From Eledone cirrhosa (lineage: Eukaryota): a DNA stretch of 64,000 bases. This document shows positions 33,078 through 51,393 of this stretch, piece by piece; position 1 is the stretch's first letter, and each line of letters opens with the position of its first letter. The position numbers and the translations under genes were made by a program. Below the pieces are notes generated by a model that worked only from the letters and a program-made list of their open reading frames with translations, was not told where the DNA came from and searched no databases. Where the stretch lies: the NCBI GenBank assembly GCA_964016885.1, contig OZ024740.1, positions 336,102,001 to 336,166,000 on the forward strand, given 5' to 3'.

Positions 33078-33079
<2 letters not shown>
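32878..33079. mobile_element. Short TA-embedded fold-back element with 61-bp inverted arms
   Basis: Arms 32955-33015 and 33019-33079 are near-perfect reverse complements, with (TA)n on both sides. A related diverged sequence lies at ~56454-56540. Confidence 0.7.
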
Positions 33080-33115
<36 letters not shown>

Positions 33116-33182
33116 TTTTTAAAATTAGAATTTTATTTCCCACCCTAGCACACCTGATACATAAATGTAAGTATACATACAT

Positions 33183-33283
<101 letters not shown>

Positions 33284-33409
33284 AAGCGAGTTAGTGCTAA
33301 CCATGCCGAAAACTAAAAACAAAATTAGAATCTTATTCCATCGGCACATCTTTAATCGGGCCGTTTATTTACAAACGAATCGAATATTATTATTAATATT
33401 CGATATAAC

Positions 33410-33479
<70 letters not shown>

Positions 33480-33481
<2 letters not shown>

Positions 33482-34292
33482 TTATTAAAATAACAGATTA
33501 AAGTTTAAGCAAAGAATCGCTGCTTTCACCCTTAACGGGAACTTCTGAAACTAACAAAGTCAATCTGTGAACGCAGAAGTGGATATTTCACAAAACGTTG
33601 CAACCGGAGGAAGACAGGAAGACGATACTTTGGTTCGTGGAAACGTTCCCTGGCAAAGAACGGGAAAAAACGAATATAATACGTCATTATTTGGAGCGCT
33701 GAAAAACAATTAGACGCAAAGACAGAACCACGTTTATGGTATAAAAGAAGTCGTAGACTAATATTCTATTAGGTGGTTCATAGAGACGTTCTCAAGCAAT
33801 GAACGGAAAAAACGAAGATAATACGTCATATGTAGAGCGTGGAGAACAATTGCACGCAAAGCCAAAACCACGTAAATGGTATAACTGAAGTCGTAGACTA
33901 AAATTCTAACTAGGAAACCGAATGATTCTCCGCTTCAGAGTTAAGAATAAAGTAAATAAAATACAGAGGTAATGGAAATAAATAAATACATACACGCATC
34001 CAAATACGTACATACACAAGCATACGCGAAAACACTCGCCATAGGTATACAAATACACGCACATATAAATATGTGTGCGTGCATGTATACAAATAATTAA
34101 ATAAACGTATATAAATAAATACGTATATAACAAGCGCACGCACATACCTACATGTAAATACACAAATGTTCGGAGATTACGTCAACCAAATATTTGCTCT
34201 ACGGTTCTTATATATTTGATATATATTTATCCTTATCGAGCCCTCTATGGATTTTAGTCTTCACATTTATTATTATTACTATTATTATTACT
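33480..34292. mobile_element. Unclassified TA-embedded repeat (family B) with an internal ~140-bp tandem duplication
   Basis: Segments 33480-33630 and 34189-34292 recur at 53310-53542. 33658-33775 is similar to 33801-33915. Confidence 0.6.
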
Positions 34293-34487
34293 ATATATAT
34301 ATATATATATATATATATTTCGTTTCTGAATTTGTTTAGCAAGATTCTTTATCTGAAATCGTGTGTTGAAACCGATATTGTTATACTTTGGGAGGGTCAT
34401 GTTGCCAATAAGAAACACACGCACCAGTTGCTTTCACTTCAATTTATTATATATTTATAAATTTATAAATTTACAAACTTATAAATA

Positions 34488-34838
34488 AGCCCCCATATTA
34501 ACTGTAAAACTAGAAATGTAGTGTATAGCATAAGATGTACTGAAGGACAATGTAGAAACAAAAATATAGTGTACATAGGTGAGACAGCTCGTAGTATAGG
34601 GGAACGAATAAATGAACACTGGCGAGACCTCCAAGATAATAAAGAATCATCTGTGCTCTACCAACATGCTAAGATAGAACACAGGGGTAGATTAGAGAGC
34701 ATAGAAATAAAAATAGAATCCACACACAGAAAAGACGCAATGTTTAGGCAAATTACAGAGGCAGTAAGCATAAAAGAATTAAAACCAAAATTAAATAGAA
34801 AATATGAGTGGAACAGCAACATCACGACTTACAATTAA
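34488..34838 (+). pseudogene. GIY-YIG endonuclease domain of a PLE (5'-truncated)
   Basis: NCKTRNVVYSIRC...VYIGETARSIGERINEH...RQITEAVSI...LNRKYEWN. Confidence 0.9.
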
Positions 34839-35127
34839 GGACAAAATGAAAACACATACACACATAGAACAAACAACTTACAATTAAGGACAAAATGAAA
34901 ACACACACAAAATGAAAACACACACAGGACAAAATGAAAACACACACACACATAGAACAAACAACCAACCAACAATAAATAAATAAATAAATAAACAAAT
35001 AGATAAATGAACACAAACACACACCCGGATGTGGCGCATGCGCAAACTGAGCACACAACACACACACAGAAACAAAAGGCGTAGGATAGAAGAAAGGAAA
35101 GGCACAGAAACGAAGAAAGGAATCCCC

Positions 35128-35172
35128 AGTCACTGAAGAGGTCACAGAGTGTGTGACGAAAGGACTATGACT
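35128..35172 (+). ncRNA. Type I hammerhead ribozyme in PLE 3' pLTR
   Basis: agtca-CTGAAGA-g-gtcaca(gagtg)tgtgac-GAAA-ggac-TA-tgact. Stem I agtca/tgact, 6-bp stem II, minimal stem III; predicted cleavage after CUA at 35167. Confidence 0.85.
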
Positions 35173-35349
35173 ATATATAAACAACTATCTGGTTGTGGAA
35201 CCAACCAACCAACCAGAAATTTATAAGTTTGTAAATTTATAAATTTATAAATATATAATAAATTGAAGTGAAAGCAACTGGTGCGTGTGTTTCTTATTGG
35301 CAACATGACCCTCCCAAAGTATAACAATATATATATATATATATATATG

Positions 35350-38609
<3,260 letters not shown>

Positions 38610-39529
38610 TTGTACTATGAATTAACCGTTTTTGTTTAATTTCATTGTTTAACTATTTGTATTTTGGACCCTCTATCCAATGAATTATATCATTGAATAT
38701 TTTGTATTTTAAACTTTGCTTCACGACATCTTCTACATACGGATTACATTGAGTTCTTCATACGGTTTAGACCCTACCATTAATTGGTGGATTTATCTGT
38801 ATATACATGCATATATATATATGTATACATCTATATATATACATGTATGTATATATATATGTAAATGTGTATATATATATATATGTGTGTGTGTCTGTGT
38901 GTGTGCGTGTGTGTGTGTGTGCGTATAATTTATGCACAGACAAAATATGCTACGTCCCCAAAAATCTGTAATCCACGAATATCTGCCTATATACGAGAAC
39001 AGATTTATCCAACCGCTGCCCACACATATTTAATATATACTTGCAAACTGTGGAACCCAAACTAAGAATATTTCACACACACGGCATACTGCAATTTTCT
39101 CTATGAACATTTAGCTTCTGTAAACCCTCTAATATGGAGAGACTCTCTAATTAACACCTTGTAGGCCACTTAAAGTACCCCACCACTTGCTCCTCTCTCA
39201 CATTCTATCCCCTCTTACCATTGTGGTTTCTTAATTTCCGTAACAGCTCGCCTACAATAGGCTATACATATGAAAAGAGTTAGCTCCCTTCACTCTCTTT
39301 TCAACAACAAAAAGCTCATACCCCTTTTCACAAGTACACACCTAACCATTAATAATTATTGCCCCTTTCTTTGGAACTCTTTTATAAAAGAAGAAGTGAA
39401 CAAATGCAAACATCCATTTTAAGATAAACAGAGTAGCTGAAACGGTTTATTATTAGACTCACACAGTAAAACACGTCTATTCGGAAATGTCGTTTTGATG
39501 TAATAAAAGAAAAACTAGAAGTATATTAA

Positions 39530-40250
<721 letters not shown>

Positions 40251-40919
40251 TAACACATTCACACATCTATATATTTTTTATTTGCATTAGTTTTATTGTC
40301 AACACTCTTAACGTTCATACCTAGCTTGTTTATTGTATTATACGGAGATGCTGAATGGGAATAAATAAATAAAAAACATTGGTAAAGAGAGGATAGTCTG
40401 GTTGTTTTGTCCATTTTTTATTTCGACTTTATTGATGTTGTTTATGAAACGTTGTTAACTTAGTAATGCATGTTTGTTTGAGTTTGGTGCTGTTGTTTTT
40501 CTGTAAGTTAATATCAGTGTCTTTGAAATTTTACACATCGTCTTCTCTCTCTACTATATTGCGTGTTTACGTATATGTTTTATATTTATGTGTGTATGTG
40601 TTTATATGTTTATGTATGTGTTTGTTTATGAATGTTTGTGTGTTCATGTTCTCCCTTCTCTTTTCTCTCTATCTGTCTGTCTATACATCTATATGTCTCT
40701 ACCAATCTATCTCTATCAATCTCTCTCTACCTGTCTTTATATTTCCATCTAATAGCTATCAGTCTCTGCCTTTCTATCTATCTATCTATCTAGCTAGCTA
40801 GCTACCTATTCATCCTTGTAACAATATTGCTGTTAGTCTTGTAGGAAGCTGTTTACCCTGATTCCGGTTACAACTTCCCAGTAATATCACATGAATTATT
40901 ACCATTATTATTATCGTTA

Positions 40920-41115
40920 GTCATATTTTCATTGCGTGTTGTCACTGCATTACCGTGCACAATTCTGTGTGTCTTGGGTATGTGTAATGTTGTTGGTTTT
41001 TTTTTTTGGGGGGGGGGGGGGGGGATTTTGTTTCTATTGTATTCAAATTGCTCTTCGTAATATCTATGCAGTCTATGCAGTGCCTATTAGTGTTATTTTT
41101 TGTATGTTGTTTTGT
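40920..41115 (-). mobile_element. 3' end fragment of an R4/Dong-like LINE
   Basis: Minus strand IQKITLIGTA..ILRRAI C-terminal motif, similar to 41470-41620, adjacent to ATT repeats. Confidence 0.6.
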
Positions 41116-41212
41116 ATGTTGTTTACGTTATATATTTGTCGGTGTGTGTGCGTGTGTGTGTGTGAGTGTGTATGTATGCATGTGTGTTTTAATTATTCTC
41201 AGATCAAATAAA

Positions 41213-41365
41213 ACGTTCAAATCCCGCTGAGGTTAGTTTTGCCTTTCATCCTTACGGGGTCGATAAAAGAAAGTACCAGTAAGGACTGGGGTCGATTTAA
41301 TCGACTTTCCCCTTCCCTTCAAATTGCTGGCCTTGTGCCTAAACTAGAAACAATTTCTATTATCA
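41213..41365 (+). mobile_element. 5'-truncated SINE (main family)
   Basis: gttcaaatcccgctgaggttagttttgcctttcatccttacggggtcgataaaagaaagtaccagt... Confidence 0.88.
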
Positions 41366-41369
41366 TTTT

Positions 41370-42160
41370 CTTGGAGTTTCAGTGATTTAATTTGCATAAA
41401 TGCTAGTGAATCACCTTTCCTATTATATCGTGCCTCCATCCTTTATAGTGAGTCTGGGCTAGGTGTTTATACTCGTGTCATCATTGTATTACCGACCGCA
41501 GTTCTGTGTGACTTGGGCATGTGCAGTGTTGTTTTTTGGTGTTGTTATTTCTATTGTACTGAGAGTACTCTTCGCAATATGTGTAGCGTCTAGGAATGCT
41601 ATTTTCTATGTATATTTGTAAGTCATGGGGTTTGGGTTGTGTGTCTGTCTGTCTGTTTACTAATCATTCCCAGCGCATCTATTATTATAGAGATTGTTCT
41701 GTTTTCATCATCCACATTCGGATTATTACCTCTCTTCAGATCTTTGTATTTGGATAATTTCTCCATTGCCTTGAAAGATACATTGTTATCTGTTAAGATA
41801 GATACAACAATTAGAAGACACTATTTCTTTGTATTCTTTGGTTATAATATCTAGTCGGCTGGCTTTGATCTCCCTGACTGTGTGTATTAGCATATCTTAG
41901 TGTCCAGTTCAGAATGTTAAAACTGTAGCTTACTACTGGGATCGCTAGAGTATTGATGTCCATTAACTTATTCAAGTTCTTTCTCGTAAACAGCTTTAGA
42001 TTGTCCATTTACAAAAGATGGTTAACTTTCTTGCCATAGCATGTATAACCAATTCCAGTCATATTTAGTATTTCAGATAATGGAATCAATACTAAACAGA
42101 AGAGGAGAGGTGAAAGGGCGTCCCCTTAAAATACTCCTCTGTTAATCGGGATGGACTCAG
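41370..42160 (-). mobile_element. Internally deleted R4/Dong-like LINE (RT and RLE remnants)
   Basis: Minus-strand remnants GDALSPLL, MDNLKLF, INTLAIPVVSYSFNILNWT, and RLDIITKEYK..CLLIVVSILTDNNVSFKAMEKLSKYKDL. Confidence 0.8.
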
Positions 42161-42779
42161 AACTGTTTGCTACTTACTCATAGCATGTTTTATGAATGTT
42201 TTTTTTTTATTATTGGTGATACTTTGTTTATGGCTAGTGTGTTCAGTATTCACCTAGTAGGAACGCCGTTAATCAATCCATGCCTTACTGAGATTATTTT
42301 CCTTTTTCTGCAGTTTACTGTTATGGCTTTGTTGATTAGTAACTGGTTTTTACAACCATGAGCCTTGGCAGCATCTGTTGTTTTTCCTGAAACAGGTTAT
42401 TTTTTCCAAGTTTTTGGTTAGTTTCTGCGATATTATTGCAGTTAAGGGGTGTAGGTTGTTGGAAGGCATGTTATGAGTCAGTAATTTTTGGAGTTTTGCT
42501 ATGTCATTATTATTGGCAGTTAGAGTACTTTTCGCTTTCGTGAGCCAGTTGTCGTAAGTGGTCGTTTTGTCTATGTATCTATATTTCGTTACGCACGTTT
42601 TCATAATATAAATTTTATGACTGTTACTTACATGCCTCGATTTTCGTTGTTTTTTTCCCTCTTTTGATATATCCTTGATATTTTGATATTTTACGACTTT
42701 CCCCCAGAATGTATGCAATTTTTTCAACCTAACCCATGTATGGTTCCCTCTACTTTCTGATCGTATAGGCCTTTAGTCC

Positions 42780-45440
42780 TTCTCATCATTCTATGTTCCT
42801 CTTGAATACCTTTGGAATCCATCTTTACTTTCCCACTTTCAGAACCTCTTCTTTCTTTACCGCCTTCATTATCCTTTCTTTACTATTATCAATATAACTT
42901 TAGAAGTTAAATTCGTTCTATTCTCACACAATCATCTACACCTATTACGCCTCTACCATCGCTAGCTCTCTTTACATATAATCGATTCGCATCTGCTTGT
43001 GGATGATGGATTCCATGTATCGTTAATAGCTTCCGGGTTTTCCTATCTATTTCTTGCAATTCTGCTTTGATCCAGTCTATAATCCCTGCACCATATCATA
43101 TTATTGACACTGCTCAGAAATTATTGCTATGTTATTTCCTCCATTCAAACTAGACCTCAGGATTTTGCGAACTCGTCAGATGTATTCTGTACTAATGCTA
43201 TCTTTCATCCCACCATGTTTTATTGAATCTCTTTCAAAGATACCAAAGTATTTTTTCTTGTATCTTTTTTAATAGATTTCATAACTTCTTCATCACGCAT
43301 CATACCAACACTTCTCAAAAACTCTTCTCATTGTTAGAACTTCATATTTTAGTAGCTTGGATTCTATCCTTATGTCTTCAGAAAAGACTCTTAATTTGTA
43401 TCAGGCTATTGAACTGATCAGCCTTGGAAAAAAGTATAAGATCATCCATGAATAACGAGTGATTAAATTTCCATAACCTGGACCAAGATCACATGGATCT
43501 TTCACCTTGTTCAGTATCAGTGTAGGTGGAATAATTGCATGAACAAATAACAATGGTAACAAGATATCTCTATCAAAGATACCATGTTTTATCGTGCGAT
43601 TTCCTAACTGACTACCATCCGAAACTTACTTGCTATTCCATTATTTCATACTGCCATTCGCTAAATTTTTCATATTTTCGGCCATACTAAATATTTGTAT
43701 CGTTTACGCTAGCCAACTATATGATACCATATGTTGTGTTTTCTTGTAATCTATCCAAGTAATACTCAGTCATGTTGGTTTGTTCTTGAAGTTCCTTATT
43801 ACCTTTCTGTCTATCGATAATTGGTCCTTGATACCTCTACTTCCATTCCTACATCTATTCTGCTCGGACAGTAGGGACTTGATATTTCAAATGTATATAT
43901 AGTTCAACAACTTCCTCATAAGTGGCAGGCACATTATGGGTCGAGGGTTTGACATAATCCAATGTATTTCAAGCACAGAAGAGTTGTCCTCCCTGTTGTC
44001 ATATACTTAGGGACATTGCCTTCCAACAAATAATAAGCAATGAACGGATGTTTTTCGGACAGTATTCTTTCACTCTATCAGAATCTCGGCCCTTTTAATT
44101 CGGTATCTACTTTTCTTATTCCACCAAAATTCCCCGATATTTCCTAATATTGTCTTGTTAATGCACATGACTAACATAGCTTTCAAATTCACCAAGCCAT
44201 TTTACTTCTTTGCTGTGTTTAACTGGTCTCTCCCATGCACCACTCCAAAACTATTTGCTTTCCTCTGTATCTAAACTAATTTCTTCCCTTATTTCTTTTC
44301 ATCAATTTTGTCACATTACCTTTTTTGGTTGTACTGGAATAGTTGACTCTGCCTAAACAGCTTATTGTAAGAAGTAGAGTTATAATTTACTAAGTTGTAG
44401 TTTGCCAAGCAGAGCAATCTCCGTTTCGTTTTCCCATAAATGGCTTCAATTCTCTTTTTTTCAGATAATACTTGATCTGCAACTTTGCCACCAAGTCACC
44501 ACTTCCGACTTCCCCACCTTCATAAGTATATTTACTTGCTCTGATACTACTCTGGTCATTAAATTAGGTATGTATCCTTCTTTTTCAATGTGACTCTTTT
44601 TGTGTTTTATTCTTCTATTAACCTGTTTATATATGCCTCATAGTAGTTCTATAGCTACATTTGAAGCTACCTGCAACAACCGATTTGTTTCATTGATATT
44701 CAAAATTTTCAATTAATGAAACTATGGAGTTCATCTTCTCTGTCATTGATTTTGATTTCACTTTTCTTCTAAGAACATAACGCAAATTAAATGGTGTATC
44801 ATCCTTTTCAATGCCAGTTTTAAGATATCATGTCTCCTCGTCATGCATTTAGCCTCTAGCTGTTGCTACCATATCATCGTCTCTTGTCCGAAAATCAATT
44901 ATTTCTATTATTTCTGCACACATGTTATTAAACAATACAGAATCCTCAATCAATTTTCCGTTGTATTTCCGCCATCTTAATCTCAGTTAACAAGTAGTAT
45001 ATTCTTATTTTTATTCCATGATCTGTTCACTTGCCACAATGAACTCCTTTTTAATTCCAGGATCGTTTCATCCTTTGACGATCTCCATGCTTTGTTAGTT
45101 CACATCTCTTCCAATATTCCATCACTATCTCATTCATCTCCTTTTCCCATTTCTACCTCTAGATGTACGTGTCTTGAATAGCAGTCATAGGCTTACGATC
45201 GGGCTAACTCAATTATTCTACACAGAGTAACATTTGTCGAGTAAGGTGCCTTTATCTTTCAGTTCTGTGCCCATTAACGATATTTCACTCATTTGAAGAC
45301 ATTTGTGATCAGAAGCCACAACAGTCAGTGTTTTTATCAAAACAACATTTCTAGAAAGATTGCCGAGTACAGATATGCGGGAGGCACAGCTATAGCCCGC
45401 CAAACGCCAACCCGGTATTTCCAAGCAGCGAGAGGATTAC
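42780..45440 (-). mobile_element. Decayed R4/Dong-like LINE (RT region and upstream part)
   Basis: Minus-strand remnants RPIMCL, WIDYKK, NHSLFMDDL, and W.K.ELQEIDRKTRKLLTIHGIHHPQADANRLYVKR..DGRG, with many stops. The 5' boundary is approximate. Confidence 0.78.
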
Positions 45441-45447
45441 TATTATT

Positions 45448-45675
45448 AGGGCGGTGGATTCGTAGTAATAGTAGAGCGTCGGACACCATGCTTTGCGGCA
45501 TAGAGTTACGGCCCTTTATGGTCTGAGTTCAAATCCCGCCAAGGTTAGCTTTGCCTTTCATTCTTGCGGGGTCGATAAAATAAAGTACCAGTAACACACT
45601 GGGGTCAATTTGATCGACTTCCCCTCTCCAAACATTATTGGCCTCGTGCCTAAATAAGAAACCATTTATTATAAT
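45448..45675 (+). mobile_element. Octopus-type SINE (main family), followed by (TAG)n at 45680-45735
   Basis: Same head, core and tail as the copy at 10821. Confidence 0.92.
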
Positions 45676-45679
45676 TATC

Positions 45680-45730
<51 letters not shown>

Positions 45731-46486
45731 TGTAGTTCTATTCTACTGCATTGCTAGTTACCCATTCATATGAAGGTGTGTAGCATTGTCTATTGGAAAT
45801 ATAGTGTTGTATTAGTTGATACATCAATTATGTTTTGATATGGGATTTGGTTTGTTATTTCCAGTATTATCTTCGAATAAAGGTTCTCAACCCATTTCGG
45901 CCAAACGCCCTCTTTTGCCCCTCGAAATCACGAAACGTCCCTACCCTATTTTTCCATTTTTCAATATACTACTGATTTTGATATCAGTAGATTACTAAAA
46001 ATTTGATTAACAATATTCCAAAGATACCATTGCATACAGTTGAGAGTATAAATATATTCCTTGAAAGGAAGTATATAAATTTCAAAAAAAGGAACATAAA
46101 TGTTCTTTTTTATGAATAAGGACCAATTGAATTTGTTATATTCCTACCAAACGATACCAGCTATTTTGAACATTTATACAAGAGCAACTCTGTCTATCCA
46201 AAGAATGCTCTTATCTGGAAGAAAGTGGCAATTATATCATTTCAAAGCTTTCCAATTTTCCCTTTAATGAAACGGACAGAATAAATGTTGATATCTAACT
46301 TGATCTCCCCTCCGCTTTGTGAGCTTAGAGACCACGGAAGAGGGTTTTCATGACCACGTTTGAGGGTATATTCATTAGTAAACGGTAAAATATATATAAC
46401 AAATGAGTAAGTGAATTGTGGTAGATGGTTTCCAGTTCAGTCGGACTGCAGCTACAAATAAAAAATCCACTTACTTTGACCTCATT

Positions 46487-47932
46487 TCAATGGGACCCTT
46501 GAGCTTCATGGAGTCTAGCTAACTCTTTCATGTCAGGCTGGATTTTCGTAAGATATAGCAGGAGATATCCACGTGCAATCACATTGTAGCTGTTGCGAGC
46601 CTTACTGTGCAGTCTGGAAACAGCGCCAAACCCCCTCTCGACTAAGTATGAGCTAGGAAAAGGCAGAGCAAATCTCTTAGCCTCTGCATGTAGGAGTGGA
46701 AATCGACGCTGAATTTCCTCTTGCATCCAAAAAAGGGGTTCACCTATTTTGGATAATCTATATTTGATAATGTCATCTGTTTGAAGTTCAATTAATTATT
46801 CCTGAAATTTAACGTCCAAATCGTCGACGTTAGCTATGAAGGGATCTGCTATCCACATTGGGATGTCCATCTGCAAAAGGTCGACAAACCGTTCTCTCAT
46901 GTTGTCTTGTAATACACGGAGATCCGCAGTATAAATATGGAGTTGGTCATCGCTCACAATGTTTTGAACATTGGCGACACTAGGAAATATATTCCTAAAT
47001 ATATAAAATTCCTGTCGACAAAGATTCCTTTCGATGACTTTCAATTTGGCCAGGAATATTTTCACAGCATTCCTTGCTTTAAACAAGGTAACCTTCGTCC
47101 CTTGCAAAGCCATAATAAGGCTATTGCATTTGTCGAAGATGTCGGCGAGGTAGGCGCAGTCGAGGGTTTTTTTGTTCAGTTCTGTGTTGCGTCCTCGTAG
47201 AAACTCAATGATAGAGTCGAACAGTTCAAAGAAGCGAGTAAGGCACTTCCCCTTTGAAAACCACCTCACTTCAGTATGAAGGAGTAGCTCGACGAATTCT
47301 TCGTCATTATCTTCGCACAGTTGCCGGAAAATTCGTTCATTGAGGGCATGGCGTTTGATATAATTGATGACATCAATGGCTACCAGCAAAGACTTGCTCA
47401 GCGGCTCGCTGAGCTTCTTCGCAGCCAAGTGTTGTCGATGAATGACACAATGAACAGCAAATACAGATGTATTTTCCCTCTTCAGAAGAGAGACGAAACC
47501 CTTATGTTGGCCGACCATTGCCCTTGCGCCGTCCGTAGCACATGATACAATATTGTTAAGAGGTATCTCTTTTTTTTTCGAGGTATCCCTTGACAGATTC
47601 AAAGATGGTGGCACCTTTAGTATCTGTGGCTAGATTCAGAGTGAAGAGAAGCTCCTCATGCATTTCGTTTTGGTGGGAAAATCGCAGTAGTAAGGACTGA
47701 TTTCCGGAAAGTGTGCTTTCATCAAGTTGCAAAGCAAATTGTGGCGATTTCAAGATGTTGCATAATTTTGTTCAACATTTTCCGCCATTTCGTCGATGCG
47801 TCTCCTTATTGAGTCGTTACTCAACGGAATACATTTCAAAATCTTTAACGGGTTCTGATGTAGTACTGTTGAAAGAACTTCTGAGATGACAGGGGCTACC
47901 AATGTTTCACCCAAGGAATAGGGCTTGCCGCA
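46487..47932 (-). pseudogene. hAT Buster/SPIN-like transposase, frameshifted
   Basis: KPYSLGETL, IPLSNDSIRRRIDEMA, FALQLDEST, ATDGARAMVG, HCVIHRQHLAAK, LLLHTEVRWFSKGKCL, YLADIF, FPSSYLVERGF, AQGSH*. Confidence 0.92.
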
Positions 47933-48849
47933 CTATAAAATTATGTATAAGGAGCTTACTATAATGAGTCCTGTTCCAGTATGATAAAGTTTCAAGTAAT
48001 GTTCTGGAATAACGCTTTGTAATAAACAAAACTGCAATAAACCCCAATACTGTCATTAATTAACCAAGTCGAGACAAGTTATATATGAAGATTAACCAGT
48101 CTGTAGGAATAGTAATAACTTAGCTTGAGGGAATTAAGGTGGCAGACTCAATAAAGGATCAACGAGGCAACGAGTTCAAGAGAACTTAATGCAAGAATGA
48201 CTAGTAATGTGCTATTTTGAAATGGAATTCATCAATTAACCATGTAGTGATAAGACGTGATAATACTAAGTTAAGACATTACTTATTAGTCAGAGTTACT
48301 CAAATTATCGCCCTTACCTTAATGCATCACTGTGATATTCTTGTAATGGTGCTGCAATTATAATGGATGACTGTTGAAGACTACAAAAGCACTTCCTTAA
48401 GCCCAAGGCTATAACAGAAGACTTGATCGTAGTATAAACAGTCAGTTTATATAGGAATAGCAACAACCTAGTTATAGAATAAATGATGTGGAAATGCAAT
48501 GAAGAGAAGATGGGGTAAAGCAAAGCGAATGTTAGTAAAAATGTGCTGAAGTATCGAGGTCAAGCCGAACACGGTGATGAACAAGTCAGTGAATTCATGA
48601 ATAATGTTGCTCTTTTCCAGGGGACTCGTTTGCCTTAAAAATATGAGGGCCACAAACCAACATTTGTTGGAGCATGTTAGTATTACTTATGGTGTCTTTC
48701 CTGAACCCTATCACATAAGTAAAATTTTACGCTAATTAAATTTTATATATTCAAATGAAGTTCAGATATAAAAAAAATAAGCTAAAAAGTATTTATTATA
48801 TCAAATAAACAAAAAGTAAAACATAGATGTTTGAATAAAAAACATATAA

Positions 48850-49960
48850 AGTAAATTTATTGTCTTTTAGAACTTTCCAAATGTATCACATCTCGCATCA
48901 TTGTGGTCAATAAATAATTTAGCAGCTTCTTCACAACTAATCTTTTTCAAAACGTGCCATATTAGAATATGATTCAACCTTTGCTGAGTCATGGTCGATC
49001 GCAACCAAGTTTTGAGTCTCTGCAGAGCGCTAAAGGATCTTTCAGCTTCACAAGAAGCCTAAAAGTAGCCTGAGCAATTGCTCAACATTTAGAAACATGC
49101 GACGGACTTCTGGTTGCATTTCACAGAATATTTTACGATGACTCTCGAGAGATGATCCATTATGATGATTTCTATTAAAAAAGTATTTCGCTCCTTAAAG
49201 AAAATTCATCAAGCTCTGGATAGTGCATGATCACTTCAGCACAAACATTTCCATTGAATAAAATATTGCTCAGTTTTTCATAATCTGCTAAATCCTGTGA
49301 AAAAAAAAATCTTTCAAATTTGATATTGCAGTCTCCACTACCTGCAAATACTGCACTCTGTAATGATCCAAAACAGTGCAGTGTTGATATTTTAACGCAT
49401 TTACTCCCTGGTATCTTTTAGGAACTTTTCGTTGCCTGGGTAGCACCAAAGGAGAAATATTGAGTTGATAAATCATTTTTTCTGCTATATTGAACAGCTC
49501 CTGAAATTTTTCTTCAGTGCGTAGATTTATTTTAGCTCCTCCTCCACCAGTTTGACACTATGCAACATGTCACCTAGATTGACGGTGGTACTTTGAAAAG
49601 ATTTGTTCAATCCTTCAAGGAGTTGAAGTAATGGAACTACAACATGCAATCCAAGAACACATTGGTCCGGAGAGTGACACGTAAGAATAATATTAGGTCT
49701 GGATGCAATGTTGGTTCCAAACTCATTTGTTGCCTCTTGTAAAGAAATAGGGACATCTGAATAATTGTCAAGAAAGGCTTTGACTGCAGAAAGTCATGTT
49801 AGCCATCGAGTAGGGCACACAGGTTTTAAGAAGCATGGTTACGATACTTCATTTTCTTCATCATATTGTGATAAATACGCGTGCTTAAATTTTCCTGATG
49901 TACTATATAGTTTCCACAATTCATTCACGTTTTTGATAAATGAACGGACTCAGCTATAAT
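48850..49960 (-). pseudogene. Second hAT transposase relic (Tip100/ZMYM1-like), C-terminal part
   Basis: Minus strand LKPVCPTRW, PRQRKVPKRY, and SCEAERSFSALQRLKTWLRSTMTQQRLNHI (hAT dimerisation motif). Confidence 0.85.
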
Positions 49961-50438
49961 AAGTTGAGAAATATGAATGCCGCAGTGCACGTAATGGGCC
50001 AAATCAAGTTATGTTAGAATCTTTAAAAAGATCTTTAAAAAATACTCGTACGAATTAAATACAAAAAAGTTTCAGTCCAAAACAAAAGCAAACTATTTCA
50101 AATTATATATTTTTGAAAAATAGACGTGAATGTTCTCAAAGACTTGATCTCAGTCGAAAAAGCTATTTTTTAAATTCTATATTTCACTGTTAGCTGTTGT
50201 AATATTTTGATTCGATAAACAATTCTACAATTCAAACTGTAAAGTCAAAATACAAAAGATGCAAATTATGAAGAATTTCTTACCTTTCTCTGAAATCACA
50301 AACTCAGGGGGGAAATAGTACCTTGCAAAATAAAATACCTCGTAGCAAAATAAAATACTTAGTAGCAACGAATGAATTGAGAAGCTTGGTGACAGTGAGA
50401 AAGCAATATTTGTGTCCCTTATATATACATAGATAGAT

Positions 50439-50469
<31 letters not shown>

Positions 50470-50591
50470 TATAAACGCGCATGCACACACACACACACAG
50501 ACACACACATATATACATACACACACAAACTTGTGTGTGTGTGTGTTTGGTACACGTCTATCTATCTATCTATGTATCTATCTATCTCCAA

Positions 50592-50997
50592 CAGGGGGCT
50601 CAAACATGCGGCCCGCGAACTACTTTTCTGTGGCCGGTGGTAGAACCAATATTTCATATTGCATTATAACTGATGAAAATAAGGCGCGTGAGCTGGTGGA
50701 ATCGTTAGCACATCTGGCGAAATGCTTAGCGGCACTTCGTCCGTTTTTCCGTTCTGAGTTCAAATTCCGCCGATCTCAACTTTGCCTTTCATCCATTTGA
50801 GGTCGATGAATTAAGTACAAGTTGTGTACTAGAATCGATGTAATCGACTGAACCCTAAACCCCAAATTGCATGCCTTGTTCCTATAGTAGAAATGATTAT
50901 AACTGGTGAAAATCTTCACCCTCCCCCACGTTTGGCCCACTGCGCCTCTCCTCCAGGACGTAATGGCCCTTTTGTGTCCTTGAGTTTGAGACCTCTC
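50592..50997. mobile_element. Charlie-type hAT MITE interrupted by a SINE
   Basis: cagggggctcaaacatgcggcccgcg at left and gtttgagacctctc at right. Confidence 0.65.
50681..50895 (+). mobile_element. SINE (related subfamily) with 18-bp TSD
   Basis: gagttcaaattccgcc...gcctttcatccatttgaggtcgatg. TSD attataactgatgaaaat (50663-50680) / attataactggtgaaaat (50896-50913). Confidence 0.88.
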
Positions 50998-51024
50998 GTC
51001 TACACACACATACACACGTATATA

Positions 51025-51393
<369 letters not shown>

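Larger units (their letters stand above)
34318..35328 (+). mobile_element. 5'-truncated Penelope-like element (family A) with inverted 5' pLTR piece
   Basis: GIY-YIG coding remnant, 3' tail with a hammerhead, ~34377-34487 inverted relative to ~35217-35328, and (TA)n on both sides. Confidence 0.88.
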
